NCBI GenBank assembly: GCA_036169735.1
Contig: JAVHNX010000009.1
Location: 7,558 to 62,633 of the forward strand
Length of the DNA: 55,076 bases
Direction of reading: 5' to 3'
Origin: Minisyncoccota bacterium
Lineage (GTDB): Bacteria; Patescibacteriota; Minisyncoccia; Phycocordibacterales; UBA9973
Of this stretch, positions 28,901 to 37,676 are shown one piece after another. Positions within the stretch are counted from its first letter, which is position 1. Every line of letters begins with the position of its first letter. The notes under the pieces are model-generated. The model was not told the origin of the DNA. It saw nothing but the letters and a program-made list of their open reading frames with translations, and made no database searches. The translations under genes and the position numbers were made by a program.

Positions 28901-29141
28901 AATGGAGGTCTGGGCGTTGGAAGGATACGGTGCTGCTTATGCACTTCGAGAAATGCTTACTATAAAGTCTGATGATATTCTTGGCCGATCTTCGACTTTC
29001 GATTCTATTATTAAGAACGAGACTATCAAGCAGCCTAATTCTCCTGCATCCTTTAATGTGATGCTTAGCTACCTGAGAGGACTTGCGTTGGATGTGGATC
29101 TGAAAAAATATTCAGATAAAGATTCAGAAGGAAAGAATTAA
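25956..29141 (+). CDS. rpoB: DNA-directed RNA polymerase subunit beta
   Basis: Conserved segments are unmistakable: MTAHGTFIINGVERVIVPQLARS, GRVCPIHTPEGPNIGL, NMQKQAVP, GDKLSGRHGNKGVIS, GGQRFGEMEVWALE. I prefer the ATG at 25956 (MQTEVKRPKK..) over the track's TTG at 25935. Confidence 0.97.
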   Translation: MQTEVKRPKKVFSRYKKALVPFPNLIETQVKSFKWLVENGIKEVFKEFSPIPDYSGKKFQLEFLSFSLGEPKCDENHAKVNKLSFEGLLKARVKLTNKVLGTVKEQEIFMSEIPLMTAHGTFIINGVERVIVPQLARSFGVFFTESESKGKRYFGAKIIPARGVWIEIESESDGAIYVRMDKKRKFPATALLRAMGYHTNEEILKAFDKNLTWDEAIKACLAKDPAKSLNEAYIDIYKRLRDGDMATADNAKEFINSLFTPERYDLSPVGRFRFNSRFEKTMEDIELARRTISKEDLVTVITNIIDLNNTPGAKADDIDHLGQRRVRFVGEMLQQKFRTGMMQIKRNIQDRMSTIDVDTALPVHIINQRPLQARIKEFFTTNQLSQFMAQENVLYEIEHLRTLSALGPGGLTRERAGLEVRDVHPSHYGRVCPIHTPEGPNIGLILHLATYAKINDFGIIETPYIKVVKGKITGEVVYLNALEEEKYNIAHAGIPYDESGKITEEKVEARLKTQPGLVNRDEVDFIDVATNQAFSIATSLIPFLEHNDANRALMGSNMQKQAVPCVLPEAPLVATGVEELASRDSGRLVLSEEEGVVSYVDARKVTVKGKTEKTYSLVNFLRNNNFSAFHQRPAVNVGDKVVKGAVLADTSSTVGGQISIGQNIFVAFLSWSGANYEDAIIVSERLVKKSKFTSVYVEEFVCIVRDTKLGPEITTRDIPNVGELKLKDLDEDGIVRVGAEVRENDILVGKITPKGETELTPEERLLRSIFAEKARDVKDASLRMEHGKRGRIIGVKIFSRDMGHSLEAGIIKKIIIEVAQIRNISVGDKLSGRHGNKGVISTILPEEDMPYMADGTPVDIILSPLGVPSRMNLGQILEIHLGMAANTLGYQAIVPPFLGAKHEEIKEELVKAGLPENGKVKLFDGRTGESFEQDIAVGYMYMLKLHHMVEDKIHMRSIGPYSLITQQPLGGKAQGGGQRFGEMEVWALEGYGAAYALREMLTIKSDDILGRSSTFDSIIKNETIKQPNSPASFNVMLSYLRGLALDVDLKKYSDKDSEGKN

Positions 29142-29159
29142 TATTTTAAAATAATAATT

Positions 29160-32100
29160 ATGAAAACTTTAAACACAACTGAATTTGATTACATTACACT
29201 CAAGCTCGCATCCCCAGATCAGATTAAAGAATGGTCATACGGAGAAGTCACCAAGCCTGAAACTATAAACTACCGCACAGGCAGATCTGAGCGTGGAGGT
29301 CTTTTCGACGAGAAAATATTTGGTCCTGAAAAAGATTACGAATGTTACTGTGGAAAATATCGCCGAATTCGTTATAAAGATATTATCTGTGAAAAATGTG
29401 GAGTTGAAGTTACACGTTCTATCGTACGCCGTGAAAGAATGGGCCATATCGAGCTTTCAACACCTGTTTCTCATATCTGGTTCTTGCGTGGAGTACCATC
29501 TCGTATGAGTATTCTTCTAAATATTTCTGTTTCTGATATCGAGAAAGTTATTTACTTTGCAGGATATATTGTTACCAAGGTTCATGAAGCTGAGAAAGAA
29601 GACGTACTTCAAAACTTGGACAAAGAATATAAAGCTAAATTAAAAAATTCAGCTGATGATGAAACTCGTGAGAAATTGAAGTCATTACTTTCTACTACTA
29701 AAAAAGAAATTGGAGAAATTTACGAAGGTAAAGTTTTGAATGAAATTTCTTTCCATCATTATTCTTTGAAATATGGTACTTGTTTCGAAGCCAATATCGG
29801 TGCCGAAGCTATCTACTCTATTTTCAAAAATTTGGACTTGGCTAAATTAAAAGCTCATACCGAAGCGATGATTGAAAAGGCGAGTGCTGCTGAAAAAGAA
29901 AAATTACAAAAAAGAGTTTCTCTTATTCGTGCGATGATCTTTTCCAAGACACGTCCAGAATGGATGTTCTTGACTGTTATTCCTATTATTCCTCCAGTCC
30001 TTCGTCCTATGGTTGCTCTTGATGGTGGAAGACACGCGACTTCTGACTTGAACGATTTATATCGCCGAGTTATCAACAGAAATAATCGTTTGAAGAAATT
30101 AAAAGAGATTAATGCTCCAGATGTTATTCTTCGAAACGAAAAAAGAATCATTCAGGAATCAGTTGATGCGCTTATCGATAACTCTATCGCAAAGCAAAAT
30201 GACAGTGTCGCTATGAGTCAATCTCAGAAGCGTGCATTAAAATCATTGTCTGACAACTTAAAATCAAAACAAGGTCTTTTCCGTCAGAACTTACTTGGAA
30301 AGCGTGTTGACTACTCTGGACGTTCTGTCATCGTTGTCGGTCCTCAACTTAAACTAAATCAGTGTGGATTGCCAAAACATATGGCATTGGAACTTTTCCG
30401 TCCCTTCGTAATTTCCAAAATTTTGCAAGCTGAATTAGCTTTCAATATTCGTGGAGCAAACAAGCTTATTGAAGAGCGTACACCAGAAGTCTGGGCGATG
30501 CTTGAAGAAGTTATTCAAGGAAAATATGTTCTCCTAAACCGTGCTCCTACTTTGCACCGTCTAGGTATACAGGCTTTTAATCCTATCCTTATCGAAGGAA
30601 ATGCTATTCAAGTGCACCCTCTAGTTTGTCAGGCTTTCAATGCTGACTTCGACGGTGACCAGATGGCTGTTTACGTTCCTCTTTCCGAAGAAGCACAATG
30701 GGAAGCAAAAGAATTGATGGCTGCAAACAAAAACTTGTTGAAGCCACAAAATGGTGACCCTATCGTGCACCCAAGTAAGGACATGGTTTTAGGTTCTTAC
30801 TGGATGACTAAAAATGTAGACGATGAACCTGGTGAAGGTAAATACTTCTCAAGTCCAAATGCTGCCGTGACTGCTTACGAATACGGAGTTGTTTCTTTAC
30901 GTGCCAAGATAAAAGTTTTGGCTACAGACACACCTAAATACAAGAAATATGGTGAAGCTCTTTTTGATACTACTGTTGGTAAAATTCTTTTCAATAGTAT
31001 TTTACCAAACGACTTCTCTTATGTAAGTGAAGAAATGACTCAAAAGAGATTATCCTCTCTTGTTGATGAACTTATTATGCACTACGGAGTAGATGAGACA
31101 CCTCCAATCTTGGATAAAATTAAAGCCTTTGGTTTTAAATACTCAACTATTTCTGGTATTACTTGGGGATTAGACAACATCAGAGTTCCTGTTGAGAAAC
31201 CAGCTATCATTGCTAGTGGTAAAAAATTAGAAGAAGAAGTTGTTTCTCAATGGAGTGAAGGTCTTCTTTCTGAAGAAGAAAAATATCAAAAGATTATTGA
31301 AATCTGGACTCATACAAAAAAAGAACTAGAAAAAGTTCTACCTAAAACTCTTGATAAAAATGGTTCTGCTTTTGACTTGTTTACATCAGGTGCCAGAGGA
31401 TCCATCGGACAGCTTATACAGATGAGTGGTATGAAAGGACTTATTCAGAACAACCAAGGAAAGACATTGGAATTCCCAATTATTCCTTCATACTTCGAAG
31501 GACTTTCTCCTATTGAATATTTCGTTATTACCCACGGTGCTCGTAAGGGTGCCTCCGATACTGCTTTGAACACTGCTAAGGCCGGATACTTAACTCGTAG
31601 ATTGGTGGACGTTGCTCAAGATGTCGTAATCACTGAAGATGATTGTGGAACTAAAGAAGGAAAGACAGTTACTCATGAAAATATTTCCGGAATTGAAATC
31701 CCATTGTCAAAAAATATTCGTGGACGTGTCTTGGCTGCAGATTTGAAAGATGCAGATGGAAAAGTTGCATACAAGAGAGGATTCTTGGTTACTAAAGAAG
31801 AGGCTCACCATATTGAAGGTGATGGTTTTACTGAAGTTTACGTTCGTTCTCCTCTTACATGTAAAACAGTTCACGGTCTTTGTCAGATGTGTTACGGTCT
31901 AGACCTAGGAAGAAATCATTTAGTTGATCTAGGAGAAGCTGTCGGTATTATCGCGGCTCAGGCTATCGGTGAACCAGGAACTCAGCTTACACTTCGTACT
32001 TTCCACGCCGGAGGTGTTGCGGGAACAGATATCACGACTGGTCTTCCTCGTATTGAAGAAATTTTTGAAAGAAGAATTCCAAAGAACCCAGCTATCGTTT

Positions 32101-32771
32101 CTGAAACTGATGGTGAAGTTATAGAGGTTAGAAGTAAAAATGATAAAGAAAAAATAATTAAAATTCTTTCTGAATCAAAAGCTGATGGTAAACCAAATGA
32201 AATAGAATATACTGTTGCATATCGTAGAATGCCATTAGTTAAAGCAGGTGACCAGGTTAAAAAAGGTGAACTCTTAACAGATGGATCCGCTGATATTGCT
32301 GAAATATATAAATTTGGTAATAAGGAAATGGTTGAAGAGTACATCATCCGAGAAATCAACAAAGTTTACGAACTTCAGAGTGCCTCAATTTCAAGAAAAC
32401 ATACCGAAATAATTATTCGTCAAATGTTCTCACGCCGAAAAATTAAAGATGCAGGTGAGACCAATTTCTCTGCTGGTGATATCGTAGAAAGTAGTGCTCT
32501 TCATGAAGAAAACAGTAGAGTTAGTAAAATAGAAGGAAAAGAAGCAAAAGCAGAAATAGTAGCACTTGGTATTACTGAAGTATCTCTACGTACCAAGAGT
32601 TGGTTATCCGCAGCTTCCTTCCAGAATACAAACCGTGTTCTTATTGAAAATGCTATTAAAGGTGGAGTTGATTCTCTAAGAGGACTAAAAGAAAATGTTA
32701 TTATTGGCCGATTAATTCCAGCTGGAACTGGCTTTAAGAAGCATGCCGTTCTTCCTGTAAAAGAAGAATAA
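29160..32771 (+). CDS. rpoC: DNA-directed RNA polymerase subunit beta'
   Basis: Zn-finger CYCGKYRRIRYKDIICEKCGVEV, catalytic NADFDGDQMAV, trigger-loop/bridge segments GLKENVIIGRLIPAGTG. Confidence 0.97.
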   Translation: MKTLNTTEFDYITLKLASPDQIKEWSYGEVTKPETINYRTGRSERGGLFDEKIFGPEKDYECYCGKYRRIRYKDIICEKCGVEVTRSIVRRERMGHIELSTPVSHIWFLRGVPSRMSILLNISVSDIEKVIYFAGYIVTKVHEAEKEDVLQNLDKEYKAKLKNSADDETREKLKSLLSTTKKEIGEIYEGKVLNEISFHHYSLKYGTCFEANIGAEAIYSIFKNLDLAKLKAHTEAMIEKASAAEKEKLQKRVSLIRAMIFSKTRPEWMFLTVIPIIPPVLRPMVALDGGRHATSDLNDLYRRVINRNNRLKKLKEINAPDVILRNEKRIIQESVDALIDNSIAKQNDSVAMSQSQKRALKSLSDNLKSKQGLFRQNLLGKRVDYSGRSVIVVGPQLKLNQCGLPKHMALELFRPFVISKILQAELAFNIRGANKLIEERTPEVWAMLEEVIQGKYVLLNRAPTLHRLGIQAFNPILIEGNAIQVHPLVCQAFNADFDGDQMAVYVPLSEEAQWEAKELMAANKNLLKPQNGDPIVHPSKDMVLGSYWMTKNVDDEPGEGKYFSSPNAAVTAYEYGVVSLRAKIKVLATDTPKYKKYGEALFDTTVGKILFNSILPNDFSYVSEEMTQKRLSSLVDELIMHYGVDETPPILDKIKAFGFKYSTISGITWGLDNIRVPVEKPAIIASGKKLEEEVVSQWSEGLLSEEEKYQKIIEIWTHTKKELEKVLPKTLDKNGSAFDLFTSGARGSIGQLIQMSGMKGLIQNNQGKTLEFPIIPSYFEGLSPIEYFVITHGARKGASDTALNTAKAGYLTRRLVDVAQDVVITEDDCGTKEGKTVTHENISGIEIPLSKNIRGRVLAADLKDADGKVAYKRGFLVTKEEAHHIEGDGFTEVYVRSPLTCKTVHGLCQMCYGLDLGRNHLVDLGEAVGIIAAQAIGEPGTQLTLRTFHAGGVAGTDITTGLPRIEEIFERRIPKNPAIVSETDGEVIEVRSKNDKEKIIKILSESKADGKPNEIEYTVAYRRMPLVKAGDQVKKGELLTDGSADIAEIYKFGNKEMVEEYIIREINKVYELQSASISRKHTEIIIRQMFSRRKIKDAGETNFSAGDIVESSALHEENSRVSKIEGKEAKAEIVALGITEVSLRTKSWLSAASFQNTNRVLIENAIKGGVDSLRGLKENVIIGRLIPAGTGFKKHAVLPVKEE

Positions 32772-32783
32772 TCTAAAAAAACA

Positions 32784-34532
32784 ATGAACTCTCCCGTTCA
32801 AAAAATTAAGGAGAGGCTTTCAATCGAAGATGTAGTCTCTTCTTACATGACCCTGACTAGGGTAGGCTCAAACTTAAAAGGTAGGTGTCCTTTTCATAAC
32901 GAAAAGACACCGTCCTTTTTCGTGTCGACAGACCGTGGAAATTATTACTGTTTTGGTTGCGCTGCCAAAGGTGATATTTTTACTTTTATTGAAGAGTTTG
33001 AGGGTCTTGATTTCAAGGGCGCTCTTAAACTTCTGGCTGACCGAGCAGGAGTTCCACTTGAGAACTACAACCCAAAAGAGGAAAGCGAAAAAGAAAAAAT
33101 CTACAGAGCAATGGAAGAAGCTACTAAATATTTTGAAAATAATTTAGCAGTGAACAAAGAAGCGTTGGAATATTTGAAAGCTCGAGGATTGAAAGATGAA
33201 ACGATAAAAGATTTCAGAATTGGCTTTGCCAAGAATGATTGGCGTGAACTTTATTTTCATTTACAGAAAAAAGGTTTTACTGATATTGAAATAGAGAAAG
33301 CTGGCCTAGCCAAAAAATCTGAGAAAGGTTTTTATGATAGATTCCGGGGACGTATTATGTTTCCTATTTCGGATTCGAGTGGACGCGTGATAGCCTTTTC
33401 CGGAAGAATCTTTATTGACGATGGTAAATCCGCTAAATATCTAAATAGTCCTGATACTCCAGTTTTTAGTAAGTCCGCTGTTCTTTATGGTTTGGATAAA
33501 GCCAAAGAATCAATCCGTAAAAACAATTTCTCTATTTTAGTGGAAGGTCAGATGGATCTAGTATTGTCGCATCAAGCAGGATTTAAAAATACTGTGGCTG
33601 CTTCCGGTACTGCTTTTTCTGATACTACAGTTTCAAAAGAAAATGTCGTATCAAATCTAGGATTAGTTCGTCGTCTTTCAGAAAATATTGTATTGGCTTT
33701 TGATGCTGATAAAGCAGGACTCAGTGCTTGTGATCGTGCTGGTAAGATAGCTTTATCTTTAGGAATGGATGTGAAAGTCGCTTCAATGCCAGATGGCGTA
33801 GATCCAGCAGATTTGATATCAAAGGAAGGTCCCGACGCGTGGCGTAGTTCTGTTAGGAATTCTAAACATATAGTAGAATTTTTATTAGATAAGGTTATAA
33901 AAGATTCTGGAGGTGATACACATAAGGCAGGAAGAGGAATCAAGGAAAAGATCTTGCCTTATTTGTATGCACTTTCGAGTGCGATTGAAAAATCTTTCTT
34001 TATTAAAAAAATAAGTGATGCCTCTGGTATTCCTGAAAGTGCATTGAAAGATGACTTAAAGAAAATTGAACAAGATGCAAAATTTGAAAAAAAAGAAACA
34101 GTAGAAATAAAAAAGATAGAAGATAAAGTATTTAGAAAAGATTATATTGAGCGTAAGTTGTTAGGAGTTGTCCTCTGGCAGAGAACCCTCCCAAAACAAT
34201 CTATAGATATTGAAAAAATATTAAAAGCACTCGAAGAAACTTTAAATAAAAAACAGGATGAGATAATGGAGAAAACAAAAGATGATACTGAAGATTTAAT
34301 TTTTGAAGCAGAAGTTTTTTATGGAGAAGATATAAATTTAGAAAAAGATGTGAAGGAATTGATTAGTAATTTAAAAGAAGTATATTTAGAAGAAGAGTTG
34401 TTTCGTAAAAGACGTGAATTGCATGTATCTGAAGAGAAAAAAGATTTAGATATATCAAGTAAAATCTTTAAAGAAATTAATGAAATAGTAAATAAGATTC
34501 AAGAGATTAAAAGTGGTCGTCTAACAAAATAA
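32784..34532 (+). CDS. dnaG: DNA primase
   Basis: Zn-ribbon [25 protein letters not shown]-polymerase core [19 protein letters not shown], and Toprim VEGQMD..FDAD.AG. Confidence 0.93.
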   Translation: MNSPVQKIKERLSIEDVVSSYMTLTRVGSNLKGRCPFHNEKTPSFFVSTDRGNYYCFGCAAKGDIFTFIEEFEGLDFKGALKLLADRAGVPLENYNPKEESEKEKIYRAMEEATKYFENNLAVNKEALEYLKARGLKDETIKDFRIGFAKNDWRELYFHLQKKGFTDIEIEKAGLAKKSEKGFYDRFRGRIMFPISDSSGRVIAFSGRIFIDDGKSAKYLNSPDTPVFSKSAVLYGLDKAKESIRKNNFSILVEGQMDLVLSHQAGFKNTVAASGTAFSDTTVSKENVVSNLGLVRRLSENIVLAFDADKAGLSACDRAGKIALSLGMDVKVASMPDGVDPADLISKEGPDAWRSSVRNSKHIVEFLLDKVIKDSGGDTHKAGRGIKEKILPYLYALSSAIEKSFFIKKISDASGIPESALKDDLKKIEQDAKFEKKETVEIKKIEDKVFRKDYIERKLLGVVLWQRTLPKQSIDIEKILKALEETLNKKQDEIMEKTKDDTEDLIFEAEVFYGEDINLEKDVKELISNLKEVYLEEELFRKRRELHVSEEKKDLDISSKIFKEINEIVNKIQEIKSGRLTK

Positions 34533-34536
34533 AATT

Positions 34537-35790
34537 ATGAAGAAAATAATAAAAAAAATAATAAAGAAACCAGAAAATAAAAAGAAAATTTTAGTAAAAA
34601 AGGTAGTAAAAAAAGTTGAAAAGAAGATCGTAAAAAAAATAGTAAAAAAAGTGGTTAAAAAAGTAATAGCAAAAAAAGTTGTAGTTAAAAAAGTAGCACC
34701 AGTTAAACAATCTGCATCAGAAAAGAAAATAGATGGGTTAACTCGTCTTTCCAACGAACTTATAGAAAAAGGACGCAAAAGAGGTTTTATAACATATGAT
34801 GAGATTTTGAAAACTTTTCCTGATATTGAAAATAATATTTTATTTTTAGATGACCTTTATGAAAAATTGGGTGTTGCTGGAATCGATGTTTTGGAAGGTG
34901 GAAACTTACTGAATCTTGATCTTGATGTAAATGATAAAGATTTAAACAAGTCTACTCTTCATGATTCAATCCAGATGTATTTGAAAGAGATTGGTCAGTA
35001 TCCTTTGATTCATGCGAGTGATGAAAAAGACCTTGCGAAACGTATTGAAAAAGGGGACTTGGAAGCGAAGAACTTACTGGCTCGTGCAAACCTCCGTTTG
35101 GTTGTTTCTATTGCCAAGAAGTATGTTGGACGAAGTGCTGATTTAACACTCTTAGATCTCATTCAGGAAGGCAACCTGGGCCTTTTTAAGGCTGTTGAGA
35201 AGTTCGATTGGACCAAAGGCTATAAATTCTCTACATACGCCACCTGGTGGATTAGACAGTCAATTACACGTGCTCTAGCCGATCAATCCAGAACTATTCG
35301 TATCCCAGTACACATGGTTGAGACTATTTCCAAGTATAAACAGATTCATCGCCGATTGAGCCAGGATTTAGGCCGTGAACCTCTTGCCGAAGAAATTGCG
35401 ACAGAAATGGGAATCAGTATCGATAAAATTCACGTTATTGAAAATATCAGTCAGGAAACGATTTCTCTTGAACAACCAGTCGGAGATGATGATGATAAAT
35501 CAACTTTAGAAAACTTTATTCCAGATGACAAGATTCTACGCCCTGACCAAGAATCTTCCAGAAGAATTTTGTCTGATCAGATTCGTGAAGTACTCGATGA
35601 GTTGAATCCAAAAGAACGTAAGATTCTAGAAATGCGTTATGGATTACTTGATGGTATACAGCACACATTGGAGAGAGTAGGTGAGGAGTTTAATGTCACT
35701 CGTGAGCGTATTCGTCAGATTGAAGCGAAAGTCCACGAAAAACTTCGCCAGAATGAAAAGATTTCTCGACTTAGAGGATACTTTGATTAA
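34537..35790 (+). CDS. rpoD: Primary (group 1) sigma-70 factor with an unusual Lys-rich N-terminal extension
   Basis: Region 2 [18 protein letters not shown], region 3 [10 protein letters not shown], region 4 [17 protein letters not shown]. The first ~55 aa are KK(I/V)(I/V)KK repeats. Confidence 0.93.
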   Translation: MKKIIKKIIKKPENKKKILVKKVVKKVEKKIVKKIVKKVVKKVIAKKVVVKKVAPVKQSASEKKIDGLTRLSNELIEKGRKRGFITYDEILKTFPDIENNILFLDDLYEKLGVAGIDVLEGGNLLNLDLDVNDKDLNKSTLHDSIQMYLKEIGQYPLIHASDEKDLAKRIEKGDLEAKNLLARANLRLVVSIAKKYVGRSADLTLLDLIQEGNLGLFKAVEKFDWTKGYKFSTYATWWIRQSITRALADQSRTIRIPVHMVETISKYKQIHRRLSQDLGREPLAEEIATEMGISIDKIHVIENISQETISLEQPVGDDDDKSTLENFIPDDKILRPDQESSRRILSDQIREVLDELNPKERKILEMRYGLLDGIQHTLERVGEEFNVTRERIRQIEAKVHEKLRQNEKISRLRGYFD

Positions 35791-35800
35791 ATAAAAATAG

Positions 35801-35839
35801 CCACAAAAAAATCACCCATATGGGTGATTTTTTTTGTGG
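35801..35839 (+). terminator. Rho-independent terminator after rpoD
   Basis: Long hairpin ccacaaaaaaatcaccca / tgggtgattttttttgtgg, with one extra T in the 3' arm. Confidence 0.7.
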
Positions 35840-35851
35840 TGTTTGAATTAA

Positions 35852-35957
35852 AGACCCCCTCCCAGCCTCCCCCTTAGTAAGGGGGAGGAGTAAAATACGG
35901 TGAATTCTGATTTAATTTCTTCCTCCCCTTACTAAGGGGAGGATTGAGGTGGGGTCT
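35852..35957. repeat. GC-rich nested palindromic element: two 23-nt palindromes enclosed by an outer inverted repeat
   Basis: Palindrome A is cctccccctta-g-taagggggagg (35866-35888). Palindrome B is tcctcccctta-c-taaggggagga (35921-35943). The outer arms are agacccc (35852-) and ggggtct (-35957). Confidence 0.7.
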
Positions 35958-35988
35958 AATTACCCTTATTTTCCAAGCCCAAAAAAGC

Positions 35989-36016
35989 TTGACTTTTTGA
36001 CTGTATATGCTATACT
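35989..36016 (+). promoter_or_regulatory. Near-consensus promoter TTGACT-N16-(TGc)TATACT with no annotated gene immediately downstream
   Basis: -35 at 35989-35994; extended -10 tgctatact at 36008-36016. Confidence 0.5.
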
Positions 36017-36153
36017 TTGTGTAGTTTTTCGTACTTTGAAATAAGGTTTTTGAAGGTTTTTGAGGATATATTTGTTTGGTGTATTAAGTTTCTCTTTTGG
36101 GAATTTTAATAAACCAAATAAATAAATAAATAATACTTAAAACCCTAAATAAA

Positions 36154-36288
36154 ATGAAAGACCTTCTGATTTTTGTACTGGGAATATTAATGATAATTTA
36201 CGGTGAACCTGATATAAAATTTGCCGCTATTCTCCTTATGTCCGCCAGAGGGTGCCGTCATGCACCTAAAAAACATTTTCCTGTATAA
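36154..36288 (+). CDS. Putative 44-aa small membrane peptide (speculative)
   Basis: My own translation: MKDLLIFVLGILMIIYGEPDIKFAAILLMSARGCRHAPKKHFPV. It has one hydrophobic helix and a basic tail, and lies between the promoter at 35989 and the hairpin at 36309. No homology evidence. Confidence 0.25.
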   Translation: MKDLLIFVLGILMIIYGEPDIKFAAILLMSARGCRHAPKKHFPV

Positions 36289-36308
36289 AATATTTTGGAA
36301 ATATCTAA

Positions 36309-36337
36309 TGCAATACTTCACTGTATTGCATTTTTTT
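36309..36337 (+). terminator. Terminator hairpin
   Basis: tgcaatac / gtattgca stem, 6-nt loop, T7 run. Confidence 0.5.
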
Positions 36338-36354
36338 ATTTCAAATTTTAATAA

Positions 36355-37158
36355 TTATTTCAATAAACTCTCAACTTTAGCCGTAACTGATTCAACTGGT
36401 TCAGCACCAGGGATAGTATCAACAATTTTCCCATTTACTAGGATGAAGCCTGAAGGTGTACCATTGACTCCTGCTTGAGCACCGTCAGCCATATCAGCTT
36501 TGACTTTGTCAGAATATTTTCCAGAATCAAGACAGGTGTTGAAGGTATTTAAATTAAGACCGATGTCAGATGCGATTTTTGGAAGTTCTGCGACATCAAG
36601 TCTGTTATTGGATGGTGTTCTTGCAAAGATTTGATCAGCATATTTCCAGAAAGTATCATTGCCTCCTTGTTCCCAGGCACATTCCATTGCTTCAGATTCG
36701 TGAAATGCTTTCGGATGAAGCTCAGCAATAGGGAAGTGTCGGTAAACCCAAGCCACTTTTCCATTTTCTTTGGCCATTACTTGGTGCATTGTCGTATCGA
36801 AAACTTTACAGAAAGGACACTCAGAATCAGAATATTCTACGATTACAACTTTTGCATTTGGATTACCGAGGATATGATCATCTACTGAAACTGGTTTAAT
36901 TTTTAAATCTGCTATATTTTTTACTGCACCATTATTAGGTACAAGTGCCGCTACTGGTGCATTACCTTTAAGTAATATAGCTCCAGCTATTATTATTCCA
37001 GCTACAATTATAGCCCAAGGTATAGTTAGTTGGCTTTTATTGTTATTTTCAATCAGAATTTTATTATTATTACTATTTTCTATTTTAATTTCTTCTTTAT
37101 TTTCTTCCATATTATTCAGACCCCATGTCAGACATATGGATTTCCTTATGTTTGACAT
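36355..37158 (-). CDS. DsbA-family thiol:disulfide oxidoreductase, membrane-anchored (start may be the internal Met at 37110)
   Basis: An N-terminal TM helix (WAIIVAGIIIAGAILL), then a thioredoxin fold with the active site SECPFCKVF and a C-terminal ..GVNGTPSGFILVNG.. cis-Pro region. Confidence 0.8.
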   Translation of the reverse strand: MSNIRKSICLTWGLNNMEENKEEIKIENSNNNKILIENNNKSQLTIPWAIIVAGIIIAGAILLKGNAPVAALVPNNGAVKNIADLKIKPVSVDDHILGNPNAKVVIVEYSDSECPFCKVFDTTMHQVMAKENGKVAWVYRHFPIAELHPKAFHESEAMECAWEQGGNDTFWKYADQIFARTPSNNRLDVAELPKIASDIGLNLNTFNTCLDSGKYSDKVKADMADGAQAGVNGTPSGFILVNGKIVDTIPGAEPVESVTAKVESLLK

Positions 37159-37258
37159 GGGGAACGTTATTATTAATAACAGTTATTGTAGCATTTTTTT
37201 TATGCATGGTATAATTAAAAGTATTATAAGGTTTTTATTAATTAATTTTTAGAAATAT

Positions 37259-37585
37259 ATGATGCACGAAAATTGTAAAGGTAATTGTGGAAAAGAGGGC
37301 TGTGTGAAAGGTTGTGCTATGAAAATGGTCGCTAAAGTTTTAGTGATTATTGGAGGGCTAAACTGGGGTTTAGTTGGTCTAGGTATGCTTTTAGGTAAAA
37401 CAGCAGAAGCTTGGAATCTTGTTCATGCTATTTTTAGATCCATGCCTTCTATCGAAGCCATTATTTATGTACTTGTTGGTGTTGCAGCAGTAATGAAAAT
37501 TTTTGGCTGTAAATGTCCAAAGTGTATGGGTGGTAGTTGTTCAGTAGAAAGTAAAATGGGAGAAAAGGAAGAAAAAATAATGTAA
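37259..37585 (+). CDS. DUF378-family small membrane protein with Cys-rich N- and C-terminal extensions
   Basis: The core VLVIIGGLNWGLVG ... IIYVLVGVAAV matches the DUF378 (YuzA-like) pattern. Its flanks are MMHENCKGNCGKEGCVKGC and GCKCPKCMGGSCS. Confidence 0.65.
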   Translation: MMHENCKGNCGKEGCVKGCAMKMVAKVLVIIGGLNWGLVGLGMLLGKTAEAWNLVHAIFRSMPSIEAIIYVLVGVAAVMKIFGCKCPKCMGGSCSVESKMGEKEEKIM

Positions 37586-37608
37586 TTTATTTAGATATTA
37601 TATAAAAA

Positions 37609-37636
37609 ATGCTCTGATTTATTTCAGAGCATTTTT
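37609..37636 (+). terminator. Rho-independent terminator
   Basis: atgctctga / tcagagcat stem, 7-nt loop, T-run. Confidence 0.65.
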
Positions 37637-37662
37637 GTATTTTAGCCTTATTATGCTATAAT
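37635..37662 (+). promoter_or_regulatory. Candidate promoter TTGTAT-N16-(TGc)TATAAT, with the -10 ending 14 nt before the ATG
   Basis: Hexamers read in the sequence. It overlaps the T-run of the preceding terminator. Confidence 0.45.
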
Positions 37663-37676
37663 AAACCCAATAAATT

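Noticed and set aside
32884-32911. Hairpin-capable ggtgtcctttt / aaaagacacc in dnaG
   Set aside because: It encodes the universally conserved primase Zn-ribbon ([11 protein letters not shown]). It is a short, bulged stem and most likely coincidental. I used it as a control for how easily ~10-bp dyads arise in coding DNA.
36221-36478. 85-aa plus-strand ORF overlapping the 3' end of the DsbA-like gene
   Set aside because: It is mostly antisense to a well-supported CDS and runs through a terminator hairpin. The shorter 44-codon ORF in another frame fits the promoter/terminator geometry better, and even that is low confidence.
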